Positions 19,848 through 29,806 of a stretch of DNA of 64,000 nt are shown here, in pieces. The stretch's first letter is position 1, and every line of letters starts with the position of its first letter. The notes beneath the pieces are model-generated. The model was not told the DNA's origin and made no database searches. It was given only the letters and a program-made list of their open reading frames with translations. Source of the stretch: Dysgonamonadaceae bacterium (lineage in GTDB: Bacteria; Bacteroidota; Bacteroidia; Bacteroidales; Azobacteroidaceae); contig JAIRNV010000214.1 of the NCBI GenBank assembly GCA_031257875.1, positions 3,746 through 67,745 on the forward strand. Reading direction: 5' to 3'. The translations under genes were made by a program, and so were the position numbers.

Positions 19848-20422
19848 TGTCATATAAAAAAATAAAACTAAAGCTAATTGGTATCACGTTCAGCCAGGTA
19901 CAGGCAGGCGCATACGCATTGATATTGGCCGAAAACGAAGGAGTTCGCAGGTTTCCGGTCATGATCGGGACGCCTGAAGCTCAGTCTATCGCTATTTTTA
20001 TGGAAGGGCTTCACCCGCCTCGCCCTCTCACGCATGATTTATTTGTTTCCTTAACCGGCATCCTGAATATAAAGTTAAAAGAAATTTTCATTTCCAAATA
20101 TGAAGACGGTATTTTCTTTTCGGAATTAATTTTTGATGACGGAATCAAGGAAATTCATCTTGATGCCCGGACGTCCGACGCCATTGCCATTGCTATCCGC
20201 GCCAAGGCAGAGATTTATATTACCGAAGACATCATGAACGAAGTATCTGTCGAAACGGATGAAGAAATCACCGGAGAAACGGAAATTATTACCCGGAAAC
20301 CCGAGCGCACTCTTGACAAAACGGATATTGACGGGCTTCAAAAGCTCCTGGATGAAGCCATTGTAATGGAAAACTACGAAAAAGCTTCTTATATCAGGGA
20401 TATTATCAACAAATTAAAATAA
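19847..20422 (+). CDS. Bifunctional nuclease family protein (DUF151) with C-terminal UVR domain
   Basis: GTG start overlapping the upstream TAG; EAQSIA, RPLTHDL, DARTSDAIAIA, ENYEKASYIRD. Confidence 0.9.
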   Translation: MSYKKIKLKLIGITFSQVQAGAYALILAENEGVRRFPVMIGTPEAQSIAIFMEGLHPPRPLTHDLFVSLTGILNIKLKEIFISKYEDGIFFSELIFDDGIKEIHLDARTSDAIAIAIRAKAEIYITEDIMNEVSVETDEEITGETEIITRKPERTLDKTDIDGLQKLLDEAIVMENYEKASYIRDIINKLK

Positions 20423-20563
20423 TCCTTGGGTGAATTCTATGTTCCCATCCAAATTATTTCATATAAAAAAAGAAAGAATCGCCATGTTTGTCCCGAACAT
20501 CATGGCGGAGCCTAAAGGAAAACAATCAAAGCAAGTATCGGCTTTTTACGCATTTTGCCAGCC

Positions 20564-20785
20564 TTATTCCGTCAAATATTTCTCGAAACCGGCGTCTTTA
20601 ATAATTCCAGCGACCCGTTCTTTGTCTTCTTCCCTGACCGTTAGCGAGCGTGAGATGGCCGGCGAAAAAACGGACATGTTCTCATTACTTAAAAAATACG
20701 GAATATTTTCCGCGTGAAGGATGCTTTCCAGAACGCTTGCGTCATCCGGGAAACCGAGTATTGCAACTTCTACTAATTTCATCAT
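20564..20785 (-). CDS. DUF2007-like small protein
   Basis: A..L.S.L.AENI..FL.NEN...L.V.EED...A..I pattern. Confidence 0.7.
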   Translation of the reverse strand: MMKLVEVAILGFPDDASVLESILHAENIPYFLSNENMSVFSPAISRSLTVREEDKERVAGIIKDAGFEKYLTE

Positions 20786-20807
20786 TAATCAAATGTCAAT
20801 TGTCATC

Positions 20808-20910
20808 CTTGCTGTGAGTGCAGCAAGTTCCCCGACAAAGTTTTGAGACTTGCTGTGAGTAAAGCAAGTCTCCCGACAAAGTTTTGAGACTTGCTGTGCG
20901 TAAAGCAAGT
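20808..20910. repeat. 41-bp tandem array with three dyad cores CTTGC-N10-GCAAG
   Basis: Cores at 20808, 20849, 20890; linker CCCGACAAAGTTTTGAGA. Confidence 0.9.
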
Positions 20911-21014
20911 TTCGCAACTTGAAATACGCCCTTTGAAATGCATTATTTTCATTTTAAATAATTATGAATATTCAAACCTCAATTAAAACAAGCGGCGAAG
21001 GTAAAAAAAGTTTC

Positions 21015-21022
21015 TATCTTTG
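21015..21022 (+). promoter_or_regulatory. -7 promoter motif upstream of lon
   Basis: TATCTTTG. Confidence 0.6.
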
Positions 21023-21075
21023 GCATGGAAATTGACTGAAAAAGGAAACAATTCAATTGATATATAAAAAGAACG

Positions 21076-23481
21076 ATGGACGATTATGTAACTCCACAAA
21101 TGGAGATAATTATTGAAAATAAGCCTGTTACAACTAAAGAGTTAGAAATCGAACAGGCTATCCTGCCTTTAAAAAACATGATGTTTTTCCCCGGAATACC
21201 TACCCCGATCAACATAGGCCGTTCCAAATCCTTGAAATTAGTTCAGGAAATCCACAAACGGAATGGAATATTAGGCGTTTTCTGCCAAAAAGACATAAAT
21301 GAAGACGACCCCGGTTTTGACGATTTATATCCGGTAGGTGTCGTTGCAAGGGTAATCAATATCATGAAAGAAGAGGAAGGAGGTACGGCGGTTTTGTTGA
21401 TGGGAACCGGTCGAGTCCGCCTGGAATCGGTCTCTTTGAAAGAACCGTATTTGAAAGGCAAATTTTCTTTGTTGCCGGATATTTACCCGCCGAAATCAGA
21501 CAAGGAGTACAAAGAGCAACTCAAATCAATCAAGGATATTACCATTCGGATGCTTTACGAAAAGATGGGTGTGCCGGAATTTGTGCTGGATTCGCTTAAG
21601 AAATCAAAGGATAACGGGTATCTGGTCAATTTGGCTTTTTCCACCGTTGAAGCCGGTATCGAACAAAAGCAGGAAGTACTTGCCATTAATGACGTAAAGG
21701 AACGGCTGAACAAACTGCTTTCATTGATTGACCAGGATGTACAGCTGCTTGAAATCAAGGCTTCTATCCGCCGTAAAACGCAGGTCGATATCAACAAGCA
21801 ACAGCGGGAATATTTCTTGCAGCAGGAAATGAAAAATATTCAGGAAGCCTTGGGCGGGAATATCCATGACATTGAAATAAAGGAGATTAAAGAAAAAGCA
21901 GGCAAACTGCGTTTCACAGCCGAACAGCGTTCCGTTTTTGAAAATGAATTACAAAAACTGGAACGTCTGCATCCGCACTCGCCGGATTATTCTACGCAAA
22001 TGGCATATATTCAATGTATTATTTCATTGCCCTGGAACAGTTATACCAAAGATAATTTCAACCTGACGCGAGCGAAAAAAATCCTTGACAAAGACCATTT
22101 CGGTTTGGATAAAGTAAAGGAAAGAATTATCGAACATTTGGCGGTATTGAAGTTGAAAGGGGATATGAAATCGCCGATTATTTGTTTGTACGGTCCTCCG
22201 GGTGTGGGTAAAACTTCGCTGGGAAAATCGGTTGCGGAAGCTTTAAATCGCAAATATGTCAGGATGTCGTTAGGCGGTTTGCATGATGAAGCGGAAATCC
22301 GCGGCCACCGCCGCACATACATTGGGGCGATGCCGGGGCGAATCATCCAAAGTATGCAGAAAGCCGGTTCATCCAATCCGGTGATTATTTTGGACGAGAT
22401 TGACAAAGTAGGCCGTGATTATCAAGGCGATCCGGGCGCGGCGCTTTTGGAAGTGCTTGATCCGGAACAGAATATTGCTTTTCACGATAATTATTTAGAC
22501 ATTGATTTCGATTTATCGAAAGTCCTTTTTATTGCCACAGCCAACGCCCTGAATACGGTTTCCCAGCCTTTGCTGGACAGGATGGAACTGATTGAAGTGA
22601 GCGGTTATATCTTGGAAGAAAAAACGGAAATCGCTCAAAAGCATCTGATACCCCACCAAATGGAAGTGCACGGGATTCCTAAAGGCCAGTTTGATATTTC
22701 CAAAAAAGCCATAATCGCCCTGATTGAATCCTATACGCGGGAATCGGGCGTGCGGGAATTGAACAAGAAACTGGCTAAAATCATGCGGAAAATCGCGCGA
22801 GCGATAGCGGAAGGAACGGAATATCCTAAAAAATTAGACGTTGATGATTTATTTGCCTATATGGGCGCCGTCGAATATTCCAAAGATAAATACGAGGGCA
22901 ACGACTATGCCGGCGTAGTAACCGGTTTAGCCTGGACGGCAGTCGGCGGCGAAATTCTTCTTGTGGAAACGAGTTTGAGCAAAGGCAAAGGCGCGAAATT
23001 GACATTGACCGGAAATCTGGGCGACGTCATGAAAGAATCTGCCGTTTTGGCACTGGAATACATCAAATCGCACGCTTCGCAATTTAATATTCCCGATGAT
23101 GTTTTCGAGAAATGGAACGTACATGTGCATGTTCCCGAAGGCGCCATACCCAAAGACGGCCCCAGCGCGGGAATCACGATGACGGCTTCCATCGTCTCCG
23201 CTTTCACCCAACGGAAAGTCCGCTCCAATTTGGCCATGACGGGCGAGATGACACTTCGCGGGAAAGTATTGCCGGTAGGCGGGATTAAGGAAAAAATCCT
23301 GGCGGCTAAACGCGCCGGAATCAAAGACATTATCCTCAGTAAAGAAAATAAAAGGAATATTGACGAAATCAATGCCATTTATCTGAAAGGCTTGCAGTTT
23401 CATTATGTCGACGACATCAGGGAAGTTTTGGATTTTGCTTTGCTGGAAGAGAAAGTGCAGCAGCCTTTGGAAATTGTTTGA
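21076..23481 (+). CDS. lon: ATP-dependent protease La
   Basis: [24 protein letters not shown] catalytic Ser, VGGIKEK. Confidence 0.98.
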   Translation: MDDYVTPQMEIIIENKPVTTKELEIEQAILPLKNMMFFPGIPTPINIGRSKSLKLVQEIHKRNGILGVFCQKDINEDDPGFDDLYPVGVVARVINIMKEEEGGTAVLLMGTGRVRLESVSLKEPYLKGKFSLLPDIYPPKSDKEYKEQLKSIKDITIRMLYEKMGVPEFVLDSLKKSKDNGYLVNLAFSTVEAGIEQKQEVLAINDVKERLNKLLSLIDQDVQLLEIKASIRRKTQVDINKQQREYFLQQEMKNIQEALGGNIHDIEIKEIKEKAGKLRFTAEQRSVFENELQKLERLHPHSPDYSTQMAYIQCIISLPWNSYTKDNFNLTRAKKILDKDHFGLDKVKERIIEHLAVLKLKGDMKSPIICLYGPPGVGKTSLGKSVAEALNRKYVRMSLGGLHDEAEIRGHRRTYIGAMPGRIIQSMQKAGSSNPVIILDEIDKVGRDYQGDPGAALLEVLDPEQNIAFHDNYLDIDFDLSKVLFIATANALNTVSQPLLDRMELIEVSGYILEEKTEIAQKHLIPHQMEVHGIPKGQFDISKKAIIALIESYTRESGVRELNKKLAKIMRKIARAIAEGTEYPKKLDVDDLFAYMGAVEYSKDKYEGNDYAGVVTGLAWTAVGGEILLVETSLSKGKGAKLTLTGNLGDVMKESAVLALEYIKSHASQFNIPDDVFEKWNVHVHVPEGAIPKDGPSAGITMTASIVSAFTQRKVRSNLAMTGEMTLRGKVLPVGGIKEKILAAKRAGIKDIILSKENKRNIDEINAIYLKGLQFHYVDDIREVLDFALLEEKVQQPLEIV

Positions 23482-23610
23482 GGCTGTGTCGGACGATATC
23501 TTTCAACAAAGCAGCGACATATTGCGAATGATTATGCCTTCATCAAATTCCCCCGCATGCTATGCTAAGTAATGCGCAATAAACAAGATATTGCAGTTTT
23601 AAAACTTTTC

Positions 23611-23698
23611 CTCCGTGTCTCTCCGTGAAATCCACTCCGTGAAACTCCGTGTTGTAAAAATTATTAAACATAGCGTTTCACGGAGGGACACGGAGTTG
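23611..23698. repeat. CTCCGTG/CACGGAG palindromic repeat element
   Basis: Four CTCCGTG then two CACGGAG; inverted near-copy at 28363-28430; related element at 37178-37250. Confidence 0.85.
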
Positions 23699-23777
23699 AT
23701 TGTTACATGTTATTTATTTTTTATTCCTTAATAATTTAATTCATAATAAAAATGAACAGATTTTTTGTGTTCATAAT

Positions 23778-23845
23778 AATGCTTCATAGCGTTCTATGAA
23801 GCATTCATAGAACGCTATAAATGGTTCGTAGAACGCTGTAAAATA
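23778..23845. repeat. Three-unit 21-bp array with dyad core C(A/G)TAG-N4-CT(A/G)T
   Basis: Units at 23783, 23804, 23825; the first forms a perfect 12-bp stem AATGCTTCATAG-CGTT-CTATGAAGCATT. Confidence 0.75.
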
Positions 23846-23953
23846 GTCGGATAAAATTGAAGCCCCGTTGTTGTATTTTGTCATTCCCGCCTGCACTGGA
23901 ATGATACCGTAAAATACCGCAAATAGGGTATTCCGTAAACGACCGGTTCCCCT

Positions 23954-23961
23954 TATCTTTG
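23954..23961 (+). promoter_or_regulatory. -7 promoter motif upstream of the nitrogenase-like pair
   Basis: TATCTTTG. Confidence 0.6.
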
Positions 23962-24010
23962 CACCATTAATTATATCAACAATAAGAACATTATTATACG
24001 CCACACGGAA

Positions 24011-25528
24011 ATGGGAAAAATTAATCTGAAAACAACAGTTGTAGAAAGTCGGGAGCAACGTCTGGGAACAGTTGTCGCCTGGGATGGGAAAGCTTCCAAA
24101 CTGTCCGAAGCCTCCCTGTATTCGAGTGGATGCGGTGGAGACGGGAAAGGATGTGAATTGTGCGAAATTCGAGGCCCGTTCAGTCAAGGCTCGGTATGTA
24201 GCGAGCAAATGGTTGAGTGCCAGGCAGGCCATGTGCGCGATGCGGTATTGATACAACATGCACCTGTTGGCTGCGCCCTGGGGCAGGTCGATTATAACTC
24301 CCTTTATCGAAACGGACTGGCAATGAGGAATCAGCCGGTCGAAAACCTTCGGGTGACCTGTTCGAATCTTATTGAAAGTGATATGATTTTCGGAGGGAGC
24401 AACCGCTTGGCTCAGTCAATACAGGATGTTTATGACCGCTACCGGCCTAAGGTTATATTTATCAGTACATCGTGCGCTACCGCCATCATTGGCGATGATA
24501 TTGACGGGACAGCCACGGAATATGAAGAAAAACTGGGTATACCGGTCATCCCTCTGCATTGCGAAGGATTCAGGTCGAAACACTGGAGTACTGGATTTGA
24601 CTCTACTCAACACGGGATTTTGCGCCAGATTGTACGCAAAAATCCTGAAAAACAGGGAGACCTTGTGAATGTCATAAACTTATGGGGGTCGGATGTATTT
24701 ACTCCCATACTGGCAGAATTGAATTTAAGGGTAAATTATGTAGTCGACCTTGCTACCGTGGAAGATTTGGCTCAAATGTCGGAAGCGGCATGTACGGTAG
24801 GTTTTTGTTATACTTTGTCTTCTTACCTGGCAGCAGGCCTGGAGCAGGAATATGGCGTTCCCGAAATAAAAGCGCCTCAACCTTACGGCTTTGCCGGAAC
24901 CGACGCATGGATTCGGGAAATAGGACGTGTAACGGACAGAGAAGAATTAGCGGAAAGTTATATCGCAAAAGAACATGCTCGGGTAAAGCCGAAACTGAAA
25001 GAACTGAAAAAGAAACTAAAAGGACTGAAAGGTTTTGTTGCCACAGGTTCTGCTTATGCACACGGGTTGATTTCAGTACTGCGCGAACTGGGTATTGAAA
25101 CCGATGCGTCGCTGGTATTCCATCATGACCCTGTTTATGACAGCGGCGACTCCCGCCAGGATTCTTTGGGGTATCTGATCGAAAACTATGGAGATATAGC
25201 ATCATTCAGTGTGAGCAACCGTCAGCAATACCAGTTTTATGCCCTCTTGCAGAGAACGCACCCCGACTTCATCCTGATCCGGCACAACGGCCTGGCTCCG
25301 TTAGCCTCCCGCCTGGGGATTCCGGCAGCGCCATTAGGCGATGAACATATCGCCGTGGGCTATAACGGCATGATAAATCTGGGAGAAACCATACTTGATA
25401 TTATTGCCCATAAAAAGTTTCATGAAGACTTGTCGCAACACGTAAAACTGCCTTATAAAAAATGGTGGCTCAATCAGGAAGATCCTTATATCTTAGCTAA
25501 AGAACCGGATTTAATAGAAACAATCTAA
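24011..25528 (+). CDS. Nitrogenase-like component 1 alpha subunit (Group IV, NfaD/MarD-like)
   Basis: P-cluster-type Cys in GSVCSE, HAPVGC, STSCATAIIGDD; CEGFRSKHWSTGFD; candidate cofactor ligands VGFCYTL and LIRHNG. Confidence 0.88.
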   Translation: MGKINLKTTVVESREQRLGTVVAWDGKASKLSEASLYSSGCGGDGKGCELCEIRGPFSQGSVCSEQMVECQAGHVRDAVLIQHAPVGCALGQVDYNSLYRNGLAMRNQPVENLRVTCSNLIESDMIFGGSNRLAQSIQDVYDRYRPKVIFISTSCATAIIGDDIDGTATEYEEKLGIPVIPLHCEGFRSKHWSTGFDSTQHGILRQIVRKNPEKQGDLVNVINLWGSDVFTPILAELNLRVNYVVDLATVEDLAQMSEAACTVGFCYTLSSYLAAGLEQEYGVPEIKAPQPYGFAGTDAWIREIGRVTDREELAESYIAKEHARVKPKLKELKKKLKGLKGFVATGSAYAHGLISVLRELGIETDASLVFHHDPVYDSGDSRQDSLGYLIENYGDIASFSVSNRQQYQFYALLQRTHPDFILIRHNGLAPLASRLGIPAAPLGDEHIAVGYNGMINLGETILDIIAHKKFHEDLSQHVKLPYKKWWLNQEDPYILAKEPDLIETI

Positions 25529-25535
25529 AAAAAAT

Positions 25536-26894
25536 ATGTCGGTAAAAAGTAGTAAGATGATAGAAAAAACCAACTCTATCAGCCAGGTTCGATATGCCTG
25601 TTCAATAGGGGCGTTATATACCGCTTCATCCATTCCGGGAGTTATCCCTATCACACACTGCGGACCGGGGTGTGCAGACAAACAATTCATGGGACTTGCC
25701 TTTTACAACGGGTTTCAAGGGGGCGGATATGGCGGAGGCGCCGTTTCACCAAGCGTGAATGCCAGTGAAAAAGAAGTCGTTTTCGGAGGGACAGAACGTT
25801 TGCGCGAACTTATTAAAGCCTCCCTCAAAATAATGGATGCAGACCTGTTTGTTGTGTTAACCGGATGTATTGCCGACCTGGTGGGTGATGATGTACCGTC
25901 TGTAGTTTCCGAATTTCAGGAAAAAGGCGTGAACATTGTTTATGCAGAAACGGGCGGTTTCAGGGGAAATAATTTCATTGGACACGAATTGGTTGTAAAA
26001 TCCATTATTGATCAATTTGTAGGTTCGTATAACGGAGAGAAAAATCCACACACTGTAAATATCTGGTCTTTGCTGCCTTACCAGAATCCATTCTGGCGGG
26101 GCGATTTAAGTGAAATTAAGCGGATACTCGAAGGCATTGGTTTAAAGGTGAATATTCTTTTCGGTCATCAGTCGGGCGGAGTGGAAGAATGGAAAAATAT
26201 TCCCAAAGCCGGATTTAATCTTGTGCTGTCTCCCTGGTTGGGGCTGAAAACTGCGCAGTACCTTGAAAAGAAATACAATCAGCCGTTTTTGCATATACCC
26301 GCAATTCCTATCGGGGCAAAAGAAACCTCCCGTTTTTTACGTGAAGTTTCGGAGTATGCCGGTTTGGACAGGGAAAAGACCGAGCAGTTTATTCAATCCG
26401 AAGAAAAAGAATATTACTATTATCTCGAACACTTTTCAGATTTCTATTCGGAATACTGGTGGGGGTTGCCTGCAAAATTTGCGGTGGTGGGCGACAGTGC
26501 ATACAACCTGGCATTGACGAAGTTTTTAGTTAATCAATTGGGATTGATTCCCTCTTCGCAAATCATTACAGAAAATACCCCCGATGAATATAAAGATGGA
26601 ATAAGGGAAGAATACAGGCGCATTGCCGATGATGTTACCGCCGGTGTTGATTTCGTTGAAGATGGCTATACGGTAGGTAAAATACTGGAAGAAACAGACT
26701 TTGGACACAAACCGCCTATCATTTTTGCTACGACATGGGACAGGGACGTTGCTAAAAAAATAGGCGGATATATTGTAGAAGTCGGATTTCCGGCATCATA
26801 CGAGGTAGTAATTGCCAGATCTTATGTCGGATATAAGGGGGCATTGAATCTGTTGGAGAAAATATTTACTACCGTAATCGGTAGAAGCGCATAA
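25536..26894 (+). CDS. Nitrogenase-like component 1 beta subunit (Group IV, NfaK/MarK-like)
   Basis: RYACSIGA, THCGPGC, EKEVVFGG, VLTGCIADLVGDD, ETGGFRG. Confidence 0.88.
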   Translation: MSVKSSKMIEKTNSISQVRYACSIGALYTASSIPGVIPITHCGPGCADKQFMGLAFYNGFQGGGYGGGAVSPSVNASEKEVVFGGTERLRELIKASLKIMDADLFVVLTGCIADLVGDDVPSVVSEFQEKGVNIVYAETGGFRGNNFIGHELVVKSIIDQFVGSYNGEKNPHTVNIWSLLPYQNPFWRGDLSEIKRILEGIGLKVNILFGHQSGGVEEWKNIPKAGFNLVLSPWLGLKTAQYLEKKYNQPFLHIPAIPIGAKETSRFLREVSEYAGLDREKTEQFIQSEEKEYYYYLEHFSDFYSEYWWGLPAKFAVVGDSAYNLALTKFLVNQLGLIPSSQIITENTPDEYKDGIREEYRRIADDVTAGVDFVEDGYTVGKILEETDFGHKPPIIFATTWDRDVAKKIGGYIVEVGFPASYEVVIARSYVGYKGALNLLEKIFTTVIGRSA

Positions 26895-26994
26895 TCAACC
26901 CCGGTTGGTGCGAGGCCTCGATGACAGACGGCGGGTACAACAATTTGAAATACCTTAACATAAGGTACATTAGGCTTGGATAAAATTTTTTTCG

Positions 26995-27002
26995 TACATT
27001 TG
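26995..27002 (+). promoter_or_regulatory. -7 promoter motif upstream of ugd
   Basis: TACATTTG. Confidence 0.6.
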
Positions 27003-27026
27003 CGCCATAAATTTTAATAACTTTCT

Positions 27027-28334
27027 ATGAATATAGCAATTGTAGGAACCGGCTATGTCGGTTTAGTTACAGGAACCTGTTTTTCGGAAATGGGGATTAA
27101 TGTAACGTGTGTTGATGTGGACTCCGTTAAAATACAAAATCTTAATCTAGGCCTCATTCCCATTTACGAACCGGGGTTGGATGCTTTGGTTAAAAAAAAT
27201 ACCGGCGCCGGACGGTTAAAATTTACAACCGACCTGACGTCTTGTATCCACGAAGTCGAGGTGCTTTTCAATGCCGTGGGAACTCCGCCCGACGAAGACG
27301 GTAGCGCCGATTTACGGTATGTATTAGACGTCGCGCGCACTGTCGGACAAAACATCAACAAGTATCTTCTGGTAGTTACCAAAAGTACGGTGCCTGTCGG
27401 TACGGCAGCCAAAGTGAAGGCCGCAATCCGGGAAGAACTGGACAAAAGAGGCGTGTCCGTTCCTTTTGACGTGGCTTCCAATCCCGAATTTCTGAAGGAA
27501 GGCACGGCTATCAAAGATTTCATGGGACCCGACAGGGTGGTTGTCGGCACGGAAAGCGAAAAAGCAAAGAACTTGATGGAACGTTTATATAAACCGTTCA
27601 CCCTGAATCATTACCGGATGATATTCACCGATATTCCTTCGGCCGAAATGATCAAATACGCTGCCAATGCCATGCTGGCCACCCGGATTTCTTTCATCAA
27701 CGACATTGCCAATTTATGTCGGTTGGTCGGTGCGGATGTAAATATGGTTCGAAGCGGGATCGGGTCGGATTCCCGGATAGGCAGTAAATTTTTATATCCG
27801 GGGTGTGGTTATGGCGGTTCCTGTTTCCCGAAAGACGTGAAAGCGCTGATAAAAACCGCCGCTCAAAACGGGTACGAAATGCGGGTGCTGAAAGCTGTAG
27901 AAGCAGTGAACGAATATCAGAAAACCATTCTGTTCAGGAAGTTACAAAAGGTATTCAATAACGGACTTTCAGGGAAAACCGTTGCTTTGTGGGGATTGGC
28001 TTTCAAACCGGAAACCGACGATATGCGGGAGGCGCCGTCGCTGGTCTTGATTGAATTACTTCTGAAAGCCGGTTGTAACGTAAGGGTTTATGATCCGGTT
28101 GCCATGGAAGAATGTAAACGGAGATTAGGCGACGGGGTGACGTATTCGCGCGACATGTACGATGCAGTCTTGAACGCCGACGCCTTATTGCTTCTGACCG
28201 AATGGAAAGAGTTCCGTCTTCCGGCGTGGGAAGTTTTGAAAAAACTGATGAAGAAGCCGGTAATTGTCGATGGACGAAATATTTATGATAAAAATGAACT
28301 GAACGCCGCAGGTTTTGTTTATGAGCATATTTAG
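27027..28334 (+). CDS. ugd: UDP-glucose 6-dehydrogenase
   Basis: GTGYVG, KSTVPVGT, SNPEFLKEG, GYGGSCFPKD, WGLAFKPETDDMRE. Confidence 0.96.
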   Translation: MNIAIVGTGYVGLVTGTCFSEMGINVTCVDVDSVKIQNLNLGLIPIYEPGLDALVKKNTGAGRLKFTTDLTSCIHEVEVLFNAVGTPPDEDGSADLRYVLDVARTVGQNINKYLLVVTKSTVPVGTAAKVKAAIREELDKRGVSVPFDVASNPEFLKEGTAIKDFMGPDRVVVGTESEKAKNLMERLYKPFTLNHYRMIFTDIPSAEMIKYAANAMLATRISFINDIANLCRLVGADVNMVRSGIGSDSRIGSKFLYPGCGYGGSCFPKDVKALIKTAAQNGYEMRVLKAVEAVNEYQKTILFRKLQKVFNNGLSGKTVALWGLAFKPETDDMREAPSLVLIELLLKAGCNVRVYDPVAMEECKRRLGDGVTYSRDMYDAVLNADALLLLTEWKEFRLPAWEVLKKLMKKPVIVDGRNIYDKNELNAAGFVYEHI

Positions 28335-28362
28335 GAATACAAAATAAATAACAAGTAACAAA

Positions 28363-28430
28363 CAACTCCGTGTCCCTCCGTGAAATCCACTCTGTGAAAC
28401 GCTGTGTTTAATCATTTTTACAACACGGAG
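28363..28430. repeat. CTCCGTG/CACGGAG element, inverted relative to 23611-23698
   Basis: caactccgtgtccctccgtgaaa...tgtttaatcatttttacaacacggag matches the reverse complement of the 23.6-kb copy. Confidence 0.85.
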
Positions 28431-28527
28431 GAAAACCCTAATTGAATCTACCCTCGCTTATGGCAGGAATAAGTATTATCTTTGTACGCAAAAAACAGTT
28501 AATTTTTAGTTTTTAATTTATTCTCGC

Positions 28528-29493
28528 ATGAAACTTCTATCCCCCCGGTACTGGCCGGATTATGAATTAATTGATTGCGGCGGTTATGAAAAACTGGAGC
28601 GATTCGGTAAATACATCCTGCGTCGTCCCGAACCGCAAGCGGTATGGCAAAAAGCACTGTCCGAAAAGGAATGGGAACAACAAGCGGATGCATGGTTCAA
28701 AAAAGAAAAAGGAAAAACCATTCCGGAAGGATATGAAAAAGGCGCATGGGTTTTGAAGCCGAAAATGCCTCAGCAATGGTTTATTTCCTATGCTTATCAA
28801 ACGATGTCATTGAAATTCCGGTTGGGATTGACGGCATTCAAACATGTCGGTATTTTTCCCGAACAGGCTGAGAACTGGAATTTTATCTATGACGCTCTTT
28901 GTCGTTGCGGGCTTGATCCGCAATCTTCTGCGAATGACAGGGGGATTCCGCGTCAAGTGCCTGACGGCAACACCGCAAAAGTCCTTAATTTGTTTGCTTA
29001 TACCGGTGGCGCCTCTTTGGCCGCCAGGACCGCCGGAGCGGATGTAACCCATGTCGATTCGGTTCGGCAGGTTTTGAGCTGGTCGCGTGAAAATATGGAG
29101 GCATCCGGCCTCGACAACATCCGTTGGGTTTGCGAAGACGCTTTACGATTCGTGAAACGGGAAGCGAAGCGAGGGAAAAAATATCAGGGAATTATCCTTG
29201 ATCCCCCGGCTTACGGACGCGGCCCCAAAGGTGAAAAATGGATACTGGAAGACCACATTGCAGAATTGATGGATGCTTGCAGCCGGATTTCGGACGAAAA
29301 CAAAGCCTTTTGTGTTCTCAACCTGTATTCCATGGGGTTTTCTTCCCTGATTGCCGAAAATTTGCTGAAAGATTATTTTCCGGGAAGTTCGCAGATTGAG
29401 TTTGGAGAATTGTTTTTGGAAGACAGGGCAAGTAGAAAACTGCCTTTGAGTGTGTTTGGCCGGGTTTCTTCCCGAATTGCCGGTTTTTTATAA
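28528..29493 (+). CDS. Class I SAM-dependent methyltransferase (RlmI/RlmK-like) carrying an in-frame repeat-derived insert
   Basis: YELIDCG..EKLERFG, FKHVGIFPEQ, VLNLFAYTGG, ILDPPAYG; -7 motif TATCTTTG at 28477. Confidence 0.92.
   Translation: MKLLSPRYWPDYELIDCGGYEKLERFGKYILRRPEPQAVWQKALSEKEWEQQADAWFKKEKGKTIPEGYEKGAWVLKPKMPQQWFISYAYQTMSLKFRLGLTAFKHVGIFPEQAENWNFIYDALCRCGLDPQSSANDRGIPRQVPDGNTAKVLNLFAYTGGASLAARTAGADVTHVDSVRQVLSWSRENMEASGLDNIRWVCEDALRFVKREAKRGKKYQGIILDPPAYGRGPKGEKWILEDHIAELMDACSRISDENKAFCVLNLYSMGFSSLIAENLLKDYFPGSSQIEFGELFLEDRASRKLPLSVFGRVSSRIAGFL
28900..28966. repeat. REP-like palindromic element inside the methyltransferase ORF
   Basis: TTGCGG-GCTTGAT-CCGCAA hairpin plus GATTCCGCGTCAAG half; encodes CRCGLDPQSSANDRGIPRQVPD. 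Confidence 0.7.
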
Positions 29494-29806
29494 AGATATT
29501 TCGGGTAACGCGCCCATAACCGCCATGCGCATGGCTTTCGCCGAAAAGACAGTAACGCCGGCCGTCTTCTACATTATTTGTTACCCGATTAGTTACATCT
29601 ACCTGCGCAAGGGTGTGTATTTCCAATTGTTTCTTCCGGTTCAAAAACAGGTTTGCCATCAGTGAGGTTTGCTTGGCATTCTACATTTTCATAAAGTTGC
29701 GGGAATAGCTGTCAAGTATTTGAAACGGGCAACGAAAGCGCACCTGGTTTTGCCATCCATTGCGCGGTGCGTAACATGCGAGAGTAATAATTCCCCGCAA
29801 ACAGGG

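Noticed and set aside
24011-26894. Canonical nifDK or nifEN
   Set aside because: Motifs are Group IV-like and there is no nif operon context, so no gene symbols were assigned.
29494-29800. Possible gene fragment next to the 21-bp array
   Set aside because: Minus-strand frames give only short stop-interrupted peptides that I could not match to any family.
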